A stretch of 64,000 nt of DNA from Vulcanimicrobiota bacterium. GTDB taxonomy: Bacteria > Vulcanimicrobiota > Xenobia > Xenobiales > JADMJV01. The notes beneath the pieces were generated by a model, which saw only the letters and a program-made list of their open reading frames with translations, had not been told where the DNA came from and did not search any database. The DNA is taken from NCBI GenBank assembly GCA_019637395.1, contig JAHBVR010000012.1:193842-257841 (forward strand), in the 5' to 3' direction. A program made the translations under genes and the position numbers. Positions 17,586 to 26,585 of this stretch are shown piece after piece; the first letter of the stretch is position 1; the number at the start of each line of letters is the position of its first letter.

Positions 17586-18926
17586 TCAAACGCTCAGCCC
17601 CTCCAGCCAACCACGCACGGCGCCCGCCTCGGCTGGCAGGGAAACGGCTCGGCGGGGCCGCTGGCGCAACGCCTCCAGAGCGGGATGGCCCGGGTAAGGG
17701 CACCCCAGAGCCTCCCCCACCGCTTCGGGGAATTTGCCCGGATGAGCGGTAGCCACCACCACTTCCGGACCTATTTGGGGAAGTCGGCGGGCCACGTGCC
17801 AGGCCACCGCCGTGTGCGGGCAGAGCACCACCCCGACCTGCTCGTGATAGTCCCGAATGGCCTGGAGAATCTCGGCACGGCTGGCGCGGCCCGAGAGCAT
17901 TTCGGGTCCCTCCAGGCGCCCGGTCTCGACCCGGCCGCTTTTTTCAAACCGGGCCATCCAGCCGGCCACTCGCTCGCCTCCCCCGGCCATCGAGAAAAAG
18001 CGCTCCAAATTGGAGGCCACCTGGATATCCATGGCGGGGGCCAGGGTCTCGTGAACCGGACCGCGCTCATAAATACCGCTGCTGAAATAACGGTGCACAA
18101 TATCGTTGTCATTGGTGGCCAGGGCCAGGCGGCGCGTCGGCACCCCCATTCGATAAGCCAGCCAGGCCGAGAGAAAATTGCCGAAGTTGCCGGTGGGTAC
18201 CACTACTTGAAGCGGCTGCCCCGTCTGCAGATAAATCCACACATAGTAAACGGACTGCGCCAACAAGCGGGCAAAATTGACGGAATTGACGGCGCCCAGG
18301 CGCAGGCGCCGCTTGAACTCGGCATCGCGGTTGAGTTCCTTCAAAATAGCCTGGCAATCATCAAAGGTGCCGTCGATCTCCAGGCAATAGGTATTGGGCT
18401 CCAGCAGGGTCGTCATCTGGCGCTCCTGCAGCGGGCTGACCCTGCCTTTGGGAAACATGACCACCGCCTTGAGGCGCGGGCAGCCCACCACCGACTGCAG
18501 CGCGGCCGACCCGGTGTCGCCGCTGGTGGCCACCAGCAAATTGCAATGCTCGTCACGCCGGCTCAGGATATAGTCGAGGGTTCGGCCCAAAAACTGCAAG
18601 GCCACGTCTTTAAAGGAAAAGGTCGGCCCGTGGAAGAGTTCGAGCACGTGGCCCCAAGGATCGGGACGCAAAGGAGCCACCGTTCCCCCATACTTGGGTC
18701 CATAAGCGTCTTCACAAAGCGCCGCCAGGTCAGCTTCCGGGATATCGCAAAAAGGCGCCATCACGCGCCAAGCTACTTGAGGGTAAGTCAGGCCATGCAG
18801 GGCGGAAAGCTCAAGCTGAGGAAGCGTCTCCGGCACGAACAGCCCACCATCGCCGGCCAGACCTTGCAAAGTCGCTTCCTGAAAGCCGACGGGCGCGGCC
18901 AGGCCGCGTGTAGACCAGTACCTCAT
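17586..18926 (-). CDS. thrC: Threonine synthase (long form)
   Basis: PLP-lysine motif FHGPTFSFKDVALQ; 446 aa, the characteristic length of the long-form ThrC. Confidence 0.88.
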   Translation of the reverse strand: MRYWSTRGLAAPVGFQEATLQGLAGDGGLFVPETLPQLELSALHGLTYPQVAWRVMAPFCDIPEADLAALCEDAYGPKYGGTVAPLRPDPWGHVLELFHGPTFSFKDVALQFLGRTLDYILSRRDEHCNLLVATSGDTGSAALQSVVGCPRLKAVVMFPKGRVSPLQERQMTTLLEPNTYCLEIDGTFDDCQAILKELNRDAEFKRRLRLGAVNSVNFARLLAQSVYYVWIYLQTGQPLQVVVPTGNFGNFLSAWLAYRMGVPTRRLALATNDNDIVHRYFSSGIYERGPVHETLAPAMDIQVASNLERFFSMAGGGERVAGWMARFEKSGRVETGRLEGPEMLSGRASRAEILQAIRDYHEQVGVVLCPHTAVAWHVARRLPQIGPEVVVATAHPGKFPEAVGEALGCPYPGHPALEALRQRPRRAVSLPAEAGAVRGWLEGLSV

Positions 18927-18982
18927 GGCTCCTGGCCGTTCGCGAGGAAAGGGGCTGCTCCTGGCGAAACGCGCACCCCCTC

Positions 18983-19474
18983 ATGGAATACTTCATTCTG
19001 CCGGTCAGTTGGGAAAAGACCACTCTCTACCTGATCTACTTCAGTAACGACGACGATGGCGTCATCACCTCGCCGGATCAGAAATTCGCGCTGGCCCACT
19101 CGCGGGTTGAAGCCCAGGCCCTGGCCAAGAAGCGCAACCTGAAGCTGCAGGAGGACATGGAACTGCTCGACCTGGGTGTCATTCAAAGCTGGGTCAACAG
19201 CCGCTCGATGCGCCTGCCCGAAGCCAACCTCATTTACCGCGCCTGGAACTTCTTCGGCGACGTCGCCACCAGCCTGAAGCTGGCCGATCACTACCTGGGC
19301 TACGACGAAGATTACATCTCGCTGCACGACGAGCTATTCTGGGGCTGCAACATGCCGGGCCTGACCCAATCGGCCGAGCGCTACGAAGTCGACTTGAGCC
19401 AGAGCGAAATCCGCAACCTGCGATCCATCTTGAGATCCGGGCTGGAAATCTTCCGCCAGGGCGTCAATCAATAG
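18983..19474 (+). CDS. Hypothetical protein
   Basis: 163-aa ORF with coding-like composition, divergent from thrC. Confidence 0.45.
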   Translation: MEYFILPVSWEKTTLYLIYFSNDDDGVITSPDQKFALAHSRVEAQALAKKRNLKLQEDMELLDLGVIQSWVNSRSMRLPEANLIYRAWNFFGDVATSLKLADHYLGYDEDYISLHDELFWGCNMPGLTQSAERYEVDLSQSEIRNLRSILRSGLEIFRQGVNQ

Positions 19475-19526
19475 GGCCCCTACCCCGCAGTAGGAATTCG
19501 AAACGTACTTCAGAACTTGCTTTCGC

Positions 19527-20468
19527 ATGAAAATCTCGAACTTACTTTTGGCCTCTCTGGGGGCACTATCCCTGGTGGGAGGAACTCCGGCCCTGGCCGC
19601 CCCCTCTCTGCTGGTGGGCGCTCCGGCCACGCCGCAAGTAAGAAAGGCCTCGGCTATCAACGCGGTGCACTACCGCAAGCTCAAAGCCGCCGGCGCAACC
19701 TGCCATGTCGTCGAGGTGGACCTATACAACCCTCATGTGCAGCTACGCGCCTTCCGTGCCGCCGACCTGGGCACTCGCTACCGCACCTTCGGCTCCTTCG
19801 TGCGCCAGACCAGGCCGATCGCGGCTATCACCGGCACCTTTTTCGACACCGCCACCGGCACCATCATCTGCAATCTGGTGCGCGACGGCCGCCTGGTGGA
19901 AATGGGCAGCGTCGGGCACACTCTGGCGCTGGACGAAGTCAATCAGCCCAAGTGGATGAGCACGGCCGGCCAGTACGGCGGCGGCCACAACTGGAAAGAC
20001 AGTGAGTTTGCCGTCTCCAGCGGGCCCACTCTGCTGCGCGGCGGCCAGATCTGCCTCAATCCGCGCGCCGAGGGATTCCGCGACCCCGGCCTCTTCCGCC
20101 AGGCCTCGCGGGCCGGCATCGCCACCACCAGTCGCGGCAAACTCTTGCTGGTCACCGTCAACCAGGGCGTCACCCTGCACAAATTTGCCCAGGTGATGCA
20201 GGCCTTAGGCGCCAGTGACGCGCTCAACCTGGACGGCGGCAGCTCGACCGCGCTTTACGCGCGCGGCAATTACGTGAGCCGCCCCGGACGCCGCCTGACC
20301 AACGTGCTGCTGGTGACCGTCCGCCCCGGCGCCCCCATCCCCCGCGAAGTCGAACTCGAAGCTCTGCAGGCCGACGAAAACCAGCTTCAGCCGGAAAACT
20401 CGGAAGATTTCGGGCCTGCTCCCATGCCCGAAAAGATCGACCTTTCCACCCAGGACATCTGGCTCTGA
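19527..20468 (+). CDS. Phosphodiester glycosidase family protein (NAGPA/DUF2233-like), secreted
   Basis: Signal peptide MKISNLLLASLGALSLVGGTPALA; conserved LNLDGGSSTALY segment. Confidence 0.7.
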   Translation: MKISNLLLASLGALSLVGGTPALAAPSLLVGAPATPQVRKASAINAVHYRKLKAAGATCHVVEVDLYNPHVQLRAFRAADLGTRYRTFGSFVRQTRPIAAITGTFFDTATGTIICNLVRDGRLVEMGSVGHTLALDEVNQPKWMSTAGQYGGGHNWKDSEFAVSSGPTLLRGGQICLNPRAEGFRDPGLFRQASRAGIATTSRGKLLLVTVNQGVTLHKFAQVMQALGASDALNLDGGSSTALYARGNYVSRPGRRLTNVLLVTVRPGAPIPREVELEALQADENQLQPENSEDFGPAPMPEKIDLSTQDIWL

Positions 20469-21319
20469 TCGAGCACCACCCGCCGACCCAGGGCCAGCGG
20501 ATAGTTATCGGCGGCGTGCCCGAAAGCCAGGTCGGCCAGCACCGGCACCTGCCAGCGATCCACCCAGTGGCGCCACAGAGCGCCCAGGTCGCCGCACTCC
20601 ACAAAGCTGCCCAGAGCCACTCCGGCCAGACCCCGAAAGGCGCCACCGGCCTCCAATTGCACCAGCATGCGATCGAGCCGGTAAGCGGCCTCCCTGACAT
20701 CTTCCAGAGCCAGAATACAACCCTCCCCCTGGAAACCCTCAGGCGTCCCGCACAGGCAAGTCAAGACGCATAAATTACCGCCCCAGAGCCTGCCTTCAGC
20801 CCGCCCCGGACGCAGCCAGCGGCCCGACAACGGCAAGAGGCAGCCTTCTTGCACCAGCCGCCGGGTCGCCTCCAGCGAGTCCGCGTCCAAGACCGGCAAG
20901 GTCTGCACATTGGCGCAATGAAACAACTGGTGCCACCCACGTTTTTGCAGGGCGTGCAACAACGCCGAAACATCCGAAAACCCGAAGACCGGCCGGGGCG
21001 CCCCCAGCTCCGGCAGGCAGCCCACCAGCCGAGTCAGCCCGTGGCCGCCGCGCACCACCCAACAGGCATCCACCTCCGGCCCCAGCGCCCAGGCCAGCTC
21101 CTCCCGCCGCTCGTCATCCGCGGCCGCCAGAAAGGCTAACTCCGAGGGAGGAGCCGAACCGGCCAGACAGCGCTGCAAAATCGGCCCCGGCAACACCTGA
21201 AACCCCCAGGATTCAAGAATCTCCATACCCTGCCGGGTGCGCTTGAGATCAGGAGCGCCACACGGGCAAATCAAAGCCAGTTTCACGCCCTTGCCTTCGC
21301 CCCCCTCCGAACTCTTCAC
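20387..21319 (-). CDS. LD-carboxypeptidase (peptidase S66; LdcA/MccF-like)
   Basis: N-terminal VKLALICPCG; nucleophile motif GFSDVSALL; C-terminal His/Glu region. Its 3' end overlaps the convergent upstream gene by about 80 bp. Confidence 0.78.
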   Translation of the reverse strand: MKSSEGGEGKGVKLALICPCGAPDLKRTRQGMEILESWGFQVLPGPILQRCLAGSAPPSELAFLAAADDERREELAWALGPEVDACWVVRGGHGLTRLVGCLPELGAPRPVFGFSDVSALLHALQKRGWHQLFHCANVQTLPVLDADSLEATRRLVQEGCLLPLSGRWLRPGRAEGRLWGGNLCVLTCLCGTPEGFQGEGCILALEDVREAAYRLDRMLVQLEAGGAFRGLAGVALGSFVECGDLGALWRHWVDRWQVPVLADLAFGHAADNYPLALGRRVVLDQSQMSWVERSIFSGMGAGPKSSEFSG

Positions 21320-21321
21320 TC

Positions 21322-21422
21322 CTGAAACAAACGCCGGAGTTTGCTCTCAGGCAACTCCCACCGAACCCCTTCACCCTGGAGGTTTGTGAAACAAACGCCG
21401 GAGTTTGCTCTCAGGCAAACTC
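21322..21422. promoter_or_regulatory. Two tandem copies (period about 64 bp) of a 36-bp element containing the hairpin GGAGTTTGC-TCTCAG-GCAAACTCC
   Basis: TGAAACAAACGCCGGAGTTTGCTCTCAGGCAA(A)CTCC is repeated at about 21322 and about 21386. It sits immediately upstream of the predicted GTG start of the downstream gene. Confidence 0.6.
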
Positions 21423-21463
21423 CAAGCCAGGGGTTCGGCGCCCCAGCACCAAAGAAGGTTACG

Positions 21464-22225
21464 GTGCGTCTATGGTTACTCATATTGGTCAGCTGGCTCT
21501 GTCTGGTCTGGCCCGGACTGGCTCAGGAACAGCCCCCGGAACAAAAGTGCAGCGACAACCTGCAGCTCTTGCTGAGCAGCCTGACGCGCTACGGCAAAGA
21601 TCATCAGAACCGCTTTCCCGACAAACTGGAAGAACTGGTGCCTCGCTATCTCAGTGAATTGCCCAAGTGCCCGCTGGGCGGCCCCAGTTACACGCGTTAT
21701 AGCGCGGTCGAACACGATCCTGAACGAGCCGTGCTCATCTGCAGTTACCCGGCCCATGCCATCAAGCCGCCCGACTATCTGGTTCTGAGCAGCGACCGGG
21801 GCATCGAGTCCCCCTTCGCCCACGTCTCTGATCCCTCGATTTGCCGCCGCTCGCTGGTTCAACTGTTGCAAAACGTGGAGCAGCAAAGGTCAAAAATCAA
21901 CCGCTACCCGGAGCGACTACACCCAGAATCGATGTGTAGTTGCGGGGACCCCATCCAATACCAGCCGCTCCAGGAGGGGAAAAGCTTTATCGCTTACTGC
22001 CCGGGAGCCGCCCACCTCGGCTCCGGATTGGCCCCTTTCAGCCCTTCCATCGGTCCGGGCGGCCTCCAGGAGCGCAGCCTGCTATTGCCTCCGCCCAGTT
22101 CGGCCCCCCCCCACTCCAAAGGGCTTTCGGGAACGGCTCTGGCGGCCGGGGGAATGGCCCTGGCCATTCTCTTAGGCCTGGGCGTCTCGGCCATGATGCG
22201 GCGGCGCCGCGTGCGCCTCGATTAA
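21464..22225 (+). CDS. Secreted Cys-containing protein with a C-terminal hydrophobic helix and Arg cluster (sorting-signal-like tail)
   Basis: Start taken at a GTG (VRLWLLILVSWLCLVWPGLAQE signal peptide). The C-terminus reads …PPPSSAPPHSKGLSGTALAAGGMALAILLGLGVSAMMRRRRVRLD. Confidence 0.55.
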   Translation: MRLWLLILVSWLCLVWPGLAQEQPPEQKCSDNLQLLLSSLTRYGKDHQNRFPDKLEELVPRYLSELPKCPLGGPSYTRYSAVEHDPERAVLICSYPAHAIKPPDYLVLSSDRGIESPFAHVSDPSICRRSLVQLLQNVEQQRSKINRYPERLHPESMCSCGDPIQYQPLQEGKSFIAYCPGAAHLGSGLAPFSPSIGPGGLQERSLLLPPPSSAPPHSKGLSGTALAAGGMALAILLGLGVSAMMRRRRVRLD

Positions 22226-22822
22226 CTCTAAAGTGCGCCGCCGGGCCAGGGCCGCCGAGGCGGCCTCGTAGTCGGCCCGCTGATCGCAGTTGAAGCCGTG
22301 TCCCGCCTCATACTCAAACACTTGAACCTGCGGATAAACCTGGCGAATGACTCGTGTTCCCTCGATGTCGATGTGCTTGTCATACTTGCCGAAATGAAGC
22401 ATCACCGGCACCAGCGGCGGCTTGTCCAACAGCGAGGTAATCCGGCCGCCATAGTAGCCGACGCAGGCCTTCAAGCGGGGCAACTGTTGGGCAGACAGCC
22501 AGGCCAGGGTCCCCCCCCAACAGTAGCCCACCAGGCTCACCGGCATGTCGGCGGGAAAGAGCTCCAGACAGGCACGCACATCCAGCATCGGCGCCTCGAA
22601 ATAACCTACCCGAGCAGCCAGTTCCGAGCCGCGCTTCAGGTCTTCCGGTCCGTAGCCTAGCTCCACGCCGCGCTCGACCCGGTCGAACAAAGCCGGGCTC
22701 ACAACGCGAAAGCCGTCTCGGGCAAACCCGTCGCAAACGGCCCGAATATGGCTGTTCAGCCCGAAAATCTCCTGGAGGACGATGAGCCCGCGAGGACCGT
22801 CACCCACTTCATAGACGCGCAA
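22172..22822 (-). CDS. Dienelactone hydrolase family protein
   Basis: IVLQEIFGLN and the nucleophile motif GYCWGG. The conserved N-terminal region continues in frame up to 22861 with no canonical start codon. Confidence 0.78.
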   Translation of the reverse strand: MRVYEVGDGPRGLIVLQEIFGLNSHIRAVCDGFARDGFRVVSPALFDRVERGVELGYGPEDLKRGSELAARVGYFEAPMLDVRACLELFPADMPVSLVGYCWGGTLAWLSAQQLPRLKACVGYYGGRITSLLDKPPLVPVMLHFGKYDKHIDIEGTRVIRQVYPQVQVFEYEAGHGFNCDQRADYEAASAALARRRTLELIEAHAAPPHHGRDAQA

Positions 22823-22896
22823 ATTTTCTATACCTCCGCTGGCGACATGTTCAAGATCCGGTTACGACTTTTGCCGGCCACTCCCCTATCCTGTGC

Positions 22897-23580
22897 ATGG
22901 AAAGAGCCGTACAGGCCATCATGGGAGGATCAACTAACATGGGTAGTATCAAGCCGTTCAATTCCAGCCAGGTGATCAAACCACTGGCGCGCACCTCGAT
23001 GTTTCTTCTCAATGAAGCTCGCGAAGCCGGAGAAAACGACCCTGCACTGGCCGTGCGTTTCACCGCCGGCGGTCTGGTTTCTCCCATTATGAGCGGAGTC
23101 AACACTCCTGGCGTGGCCGAATTCACCGACCACACTCTCGTCCCCATCGTGCGCGGTATGCTGCTGGGAGCCAATATCTATCGCATGCAGCGCACCTTTA
23201 AAAACCCTGACGCCCCGGCCTGGGAAAAGGGGGCCGACGTTGTTCGCGTCATCTCCGACACCGCGGGCCTCATCGGCGGCCTGGCCGTCCTCTTCACTCC
23301 GCAGTACGCCGCGTTGGGGGCCAAACTCATCGGCACAGCTTACTCGGTCGACATCTGCTCGCACGCCCTGCGCACCGGCTCCCACGTCAACAATCGCTTC
23401 AAAGTATGGAAGAACATGCTCGACGAAGAAAAGCCGGAGGACAAACCCCCGGGAGGCAACAGCCCCGGCCAGACCGGTTCGAACACTCCGCCTACCCCGC
23501 CAGTCCCACCCAAAATCAGTATCCATAAGCCATTAACCCAGTTTGAAAGCCCCAAGCAGCTTAATCTCTTCAAGAACTAA
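22897..23580 (+). CDS. Hypothetical protein with a Pro-rich C-terminus
   Basis: 227-aa ORF followed directly by a strong terminator. Confidence 0.5.
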   Translation: MERAVQAIMGGSTNMGSIKPFNSSQVIKPLARTSMFLLNEAREAGENDPALAVRFTAGGLVSPIMSGVNTPGVAEFTDHTLVPIVRGMLLGANIYRMQRTFKNPDAPAWEKGADVVRVISDTAGLIGGLAVLFTPQYAALGAKLIGTAYSVDICSHALRTGSHVNNRFKVWKNMLDEEKPEDKPPGGNSPGQTGSNTPPTPPVPPKISIHKPLTQFESPKQLNLFKN

Positions 23581-23593
23581 ACATCAAACAAAA

Positions 23594-23626
23594 AGACCCG
23601 CGAAAGTTCGCGGGTCTTTTTATTTG
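23594..23626. terminator. Bidirectional rho-independent terminator
   Basis: AAAA-GACCCGCG-AAAGTT-CGCGGGTC-TTTTTATTT: a perfect 8-bp GC-rich stem flanked by an A-tract and a T-tract. Confidence 0.85.
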
Positions 23627-23805
23627 GTCCCAGTTTTTGAAACCGGCTCACGATTGAGAACCTGCCAGACCGAGGAGACTCGGACCTCCCTCCGGGAACT
23701 TCCAATGTTTCCTCCCGGACTTCCGACGAATCAGACCTCTTTTGACTTTTTCTCAAAGGTGAGCCGTGGTTCGCTCTGCGGACTGCGAATTCTGTGGTAG
23801 TTCGC

Positions 23806-24135
23806 TTAGGCAGACCGTTGCTGGTCGCTAGGCTTGAGCTTCCAAGCCTTGTATACACTGCCCGAAGAAATCGTGACTCCGAAACGCTCCTTGACCTCGC
23901 GCAGGAGGTCTGGAATCGGTAGATCTCTGCGAGCATGCAAGAAATCCACTACAGGTCCACTCAATTTCCTCGATCGACGCCGCGGTTTATCCTGAACAGA
24001 TTGCGAGGCGGCGGCAGCCTGCGCCTGCAATTGTTGTTGACGCTTAGGAGAGTCGAGTCGCGACTCTAAAGTTCCGGCCAATAATCCACAGACACCGGAA
24101 TCATTCAGAAGCAACTCGATGATCTTCTGCGCCAT
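23806..24135 (-). CDS. Small hypothetical protein, possibly helix-turn-helix
   Basis: Internal-ATG start MAQKIIELLLNDSGVCGLLAG…. Lies in the apparently lower-GC segment. Confidence 0.35.
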   Translation of the reverse strand: MAQKIIELLLNDSGVCGLLAGTLESRLDSPKRQQQLQAQAAAASQSVQDKPRRRSRKLSGPVVDFLHARRDLPIPDLLREVKERFGVTISSGSVYKAWKLKPSDQQRSA

Positions 24136-24369
24136 TTCGGGGGAACACCCCTTACCCCGGGAACGCACCTCTATTTTCGACACCACCCATCCCAAGATGC
24201 GGATTGAAATTCCTTCAACCCCCATGGACTCCTCCCGCTAATAGAATTATTTTCAACTTTCTTTCACCTGGTAGTCAGCACCGGATCCTGACGTCTCCGA
24301 TTCCATATGAAGAAAGGGACCGGGCCTTTCGGCACCGGTCCCGGCAAAACCTTGAAAAACTTTCAGAGT

Positions 24370-25506
24370 CTATTTTTTGGGAACGAGCTTGTAGAGAAAC
24401 AACTTACAGGCTTCCGAGGCCTCCGCGCGAGTCACGATGGCGGCCCAGTCCCACCGCTCGGAAATCCGCAGCCCGTAGATCGGGATCTTGCTCTCGTGCA
24501 CCGAGTCGATGATTTTCAACTGATTTTTGTCGGGCACCAGAAAGTCGGCCGAGCTGGTATAAGGGCTGCTGCGCATATCCATGGTCGGCACTACGAAGCC
24601 ATAAAAGGGCTTCCAGAGATACTTGGGGCGAAACTTGACGGTATAATTGCCCAGGTCTTGCTGGCTCAAATATTTGCCCGTCCAGGTATCGATCAGGTAG
24701 ACACCGGCTTTGGCGGTCGGAGGAAAGAGGTTGTAGGTGACCAGCAAATGCCCCCCACCCCACTCGAAGTCGGTGAAGAAATAAGTGAGCGAGCCTTCTT
24801 TTTTCTTGTCAGCCGGAAGGTCATTGAGCAGCGGGGTGTCGCTACCGGAGTCGATGTTGATCAGACCGGCCACGTCTTTCCAGGACTTTTCTCCGGGCTC
24901 CAGGCCGCGCCCATAGGAGAGCAGGCGCACCGGGCGTCCCTGGCGATCGCGAGTGATCAGCATATCCAGGCCGGAAATCGTCTTGTTCGGCGCAAAAGTC
25001 TTGATTTTAACGCCCTTCTTCATATCCCAGAGGGCGATGCCCTTGTTCGTTTGACCGGAAACAGCCAGTAAATCCTGGCTGGGACTGAAGGCGTAGGCCA
25101 GAATTTTCTTGGGGTCCACATTCAGAGGAATCTCGCGGACCACCTTACCTTCTTTCCAGTCGATGAATTTGAGCGGCTGGAAGTTGCGCATCAGGATCAG
25201 TTGCTTGCCGTCGGGAGTGAACTCCAGTCCATCAACGGCATCCATGCCGTGAACCCCTTCCTGGATGGAGGCGACGATTTTGCCGGTCCTGGTCTCCCAC
25301 ACGTTGAGCAGATGAGGTGAAGACATAAAAGCGGCTACGAAGGAGTTGTCCTGCGAAAAAACCGGCTTGGAGATGTCGAAGGGGTCCTCGCCCTCGAGTT
25401 GCTTGTCCAAGACATAGTCGGGAGGTACGGGGATCCTGAGTTCAGGTTTGGCGAAAGCCGGCGCGGCGGCCAGCAGCAAGGTGCAGAGAATGGTGCGTAA
25501 CTTCAA
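24370..25506 (-). CDS. Secreted beta-propeller (WD40-like) repeat protein, hypothetical
   Basis: Signal peptide MKLRTILCTLLLAAAPAFA and repeated beta-strand blades. Lys-rich, with lower GC than its neighbours. Confidence 0.6.
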   Translation of the reverse strand: MKLRTILCTLLLAAAPAFAKPELRIPVPPDYVLDKQLEGEDPFDISKPVFSQDNSFVAAFMSSPHLLNVWETRTGKIVASIQEGVHGMDAVDGLEFTPDGKQLILMRNFQPLKFIDWKEGKVVREIPLNVDPKKILAYAFSPSQDLLAVSGQTNKGIALWDMKKGVKIKTFAPNKTISGLDMLITRDRQGRPVRLLSYGRGLEPGEKSWKDVAGLINIDSGSDTPLLNDLPADKKKEGSLTYFFTDFEWGGGHLLVTYNLFPPTAKAGVYLIDTWTGKYLSQQDLGNYTVKFRPKYLWKPFYGFVVPTMDMRSSPYTSSADFLVPDKNQLKIIDSVHESKIPIYGLRISERWDWAAIVTRAEASEACKLFLYKLVPKK

Positions 25507-25517
25507 AAGAGCCTCCC

Positions 25518-26501
25518 CTAAAGTGATTCCAACCGGCAGGTTTTACACCAGGGGGTCAGGTTTCCTAGTATCTCAAAGAATTGCTGCAAGCTCTGGCTGC
25601 GCTTGAGCGCGTCGAAGTGCTCGAAAGCACCGTAGCGGCTGGCGATGCGGATCCACTGCTTGAGCCGAGTCAGGGTTCCGAAAGGGGGAAGGCCCTGACT
25701 GTGACGCACCAGTCCTCGCAGCAGGCGCGGCCAGTCCAGCTCCTGCACGGGAGCCCGCAGGCCCAGTTCGCGAGCCACCAGGCCCGGCATGCGCGGATCG
25801 GCCAGGGCACTGCGGCCCAGCATGAAATGGCTGCAGCCGGTCAGGTCGCGGCAGCGACGAAAATCCTCGAGAGTCCAAATGTCGCCGTTGGCCACCACCG
25901 GGATGTCCAGCGCGCGGCGCACCTGGCCGATCGGCTCCCAGTAGACCGGCGGTGCGTAGCCCTGAACGCGCGTGCGGGCGTGGATAGTGATCCAGTCGGC
26001 GCCTCCCTCAGCAGCCATGCGGGCGTTCTTGTGAATATCCTCGATATTTTCCCAACCCAGGCGCAGTTTGGCCGATACCGGGACATGAGCGGGCACGGCC
26101 TGGCGCACGGCCCGGACCACTTCACGGATGCGGCAGGGAGACTTGAGCAGAGTCGCTCCCCCATCGTGGCGGTTGACGGTGGGCGCGGGGCAGCCGAAGT
26201 TGATGTCCACGGCCGTGGCTCCGGTCTGCACCGCCACCAGTGCCGAAAGAGCCATTTTTTCAGGATCGCCGCCCAAAAGCTGGACCTGGACCGGCAGCCC
26301 GGTACCGGTTCGGGAGCCGGATTGCAGCTCGGGAACCTCCCGCAAAAACGCCTTGGCGCTGAGGACGTCCTGAGAAACGCGCAAGAACTCGGTCACGCAG
26401 TAGGAAAAGCCGCCTAACTCCCCCTGCCAGGAACGCATGGGAGCGTCGGTGACCCCGTCCATCGGAGCCAAAGCCAGAGCCGGTCGGTCCGCGCGCAACA
26501 T
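25518..26501 (-). CDS. dus: tRNA-dihydrouridine synthase
   Basis: Start at the internal ATG (MLRADRPALALAPMDGVTDAPMR…). FMN/TIM-barrel motifs AVDINFGCPA and IPVVANGDI. Confidence 0.85.
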   Translation of the reverse strand: MLRADRPALALAPMDGVTDAPMRSWQGELGGFSYCVTEFLRVSQDVLSAKAFLREVPELQSGSRTGTGLPVQVQLLGGDPEKMALSALVAVQTGATAVDINFGCPAPTVNRHDGGATLLKSPCRIREVVRAVRQAVPAHVPVSAKLRLGWENIEDIHKNARMAAEGGADWITIHARTRVQGYAPPVYWEPIGQVRRALDIPVVANGDIWTLEDFRRCRDLTGCSHFMLGRSALADPRMPGLVARELGLRAPVQELDWPRLLRGLVRHSQGLPPFGTLTRLKQWIRIASRYGAFEHFDALKRSQSLQQFFEILGNLTPWCKTCRLESL

Positions 26502-26585
26502 TATTTGGGCATAGTAGCAGTAAATGAGGATTTTTTCTCCCCTGTCAGAAAAGTTCGCCGGCCGGCTGCCGAATCCCAAGGCTCA

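Noticed and set aside
17496-19034. 512-aa plus-strand ORF over thrC
   Set aside because: Antisense to threonine synthase, which has an unambiguous PLP motif on the minus strand.
20387-20468. 82-bp 3'-3' overlap between the phosphodiester glycosidase and LD-carboxypeptidase genes
   Set aside because: Not reported as a feature. Convergent overlaps of this size occur in compact GC-rich genomes, and I cannot decide from sequence alone whether one C-terminus is mis-extended.
23640-23805. Possible small RNA / tRNA-like structure in the 165-bp gap after the terminator
   Set aside because: No cloverleaf, T-loop (GTTCRANYC) or CCA-adjacent acceptor pattern could be assembled by eye.
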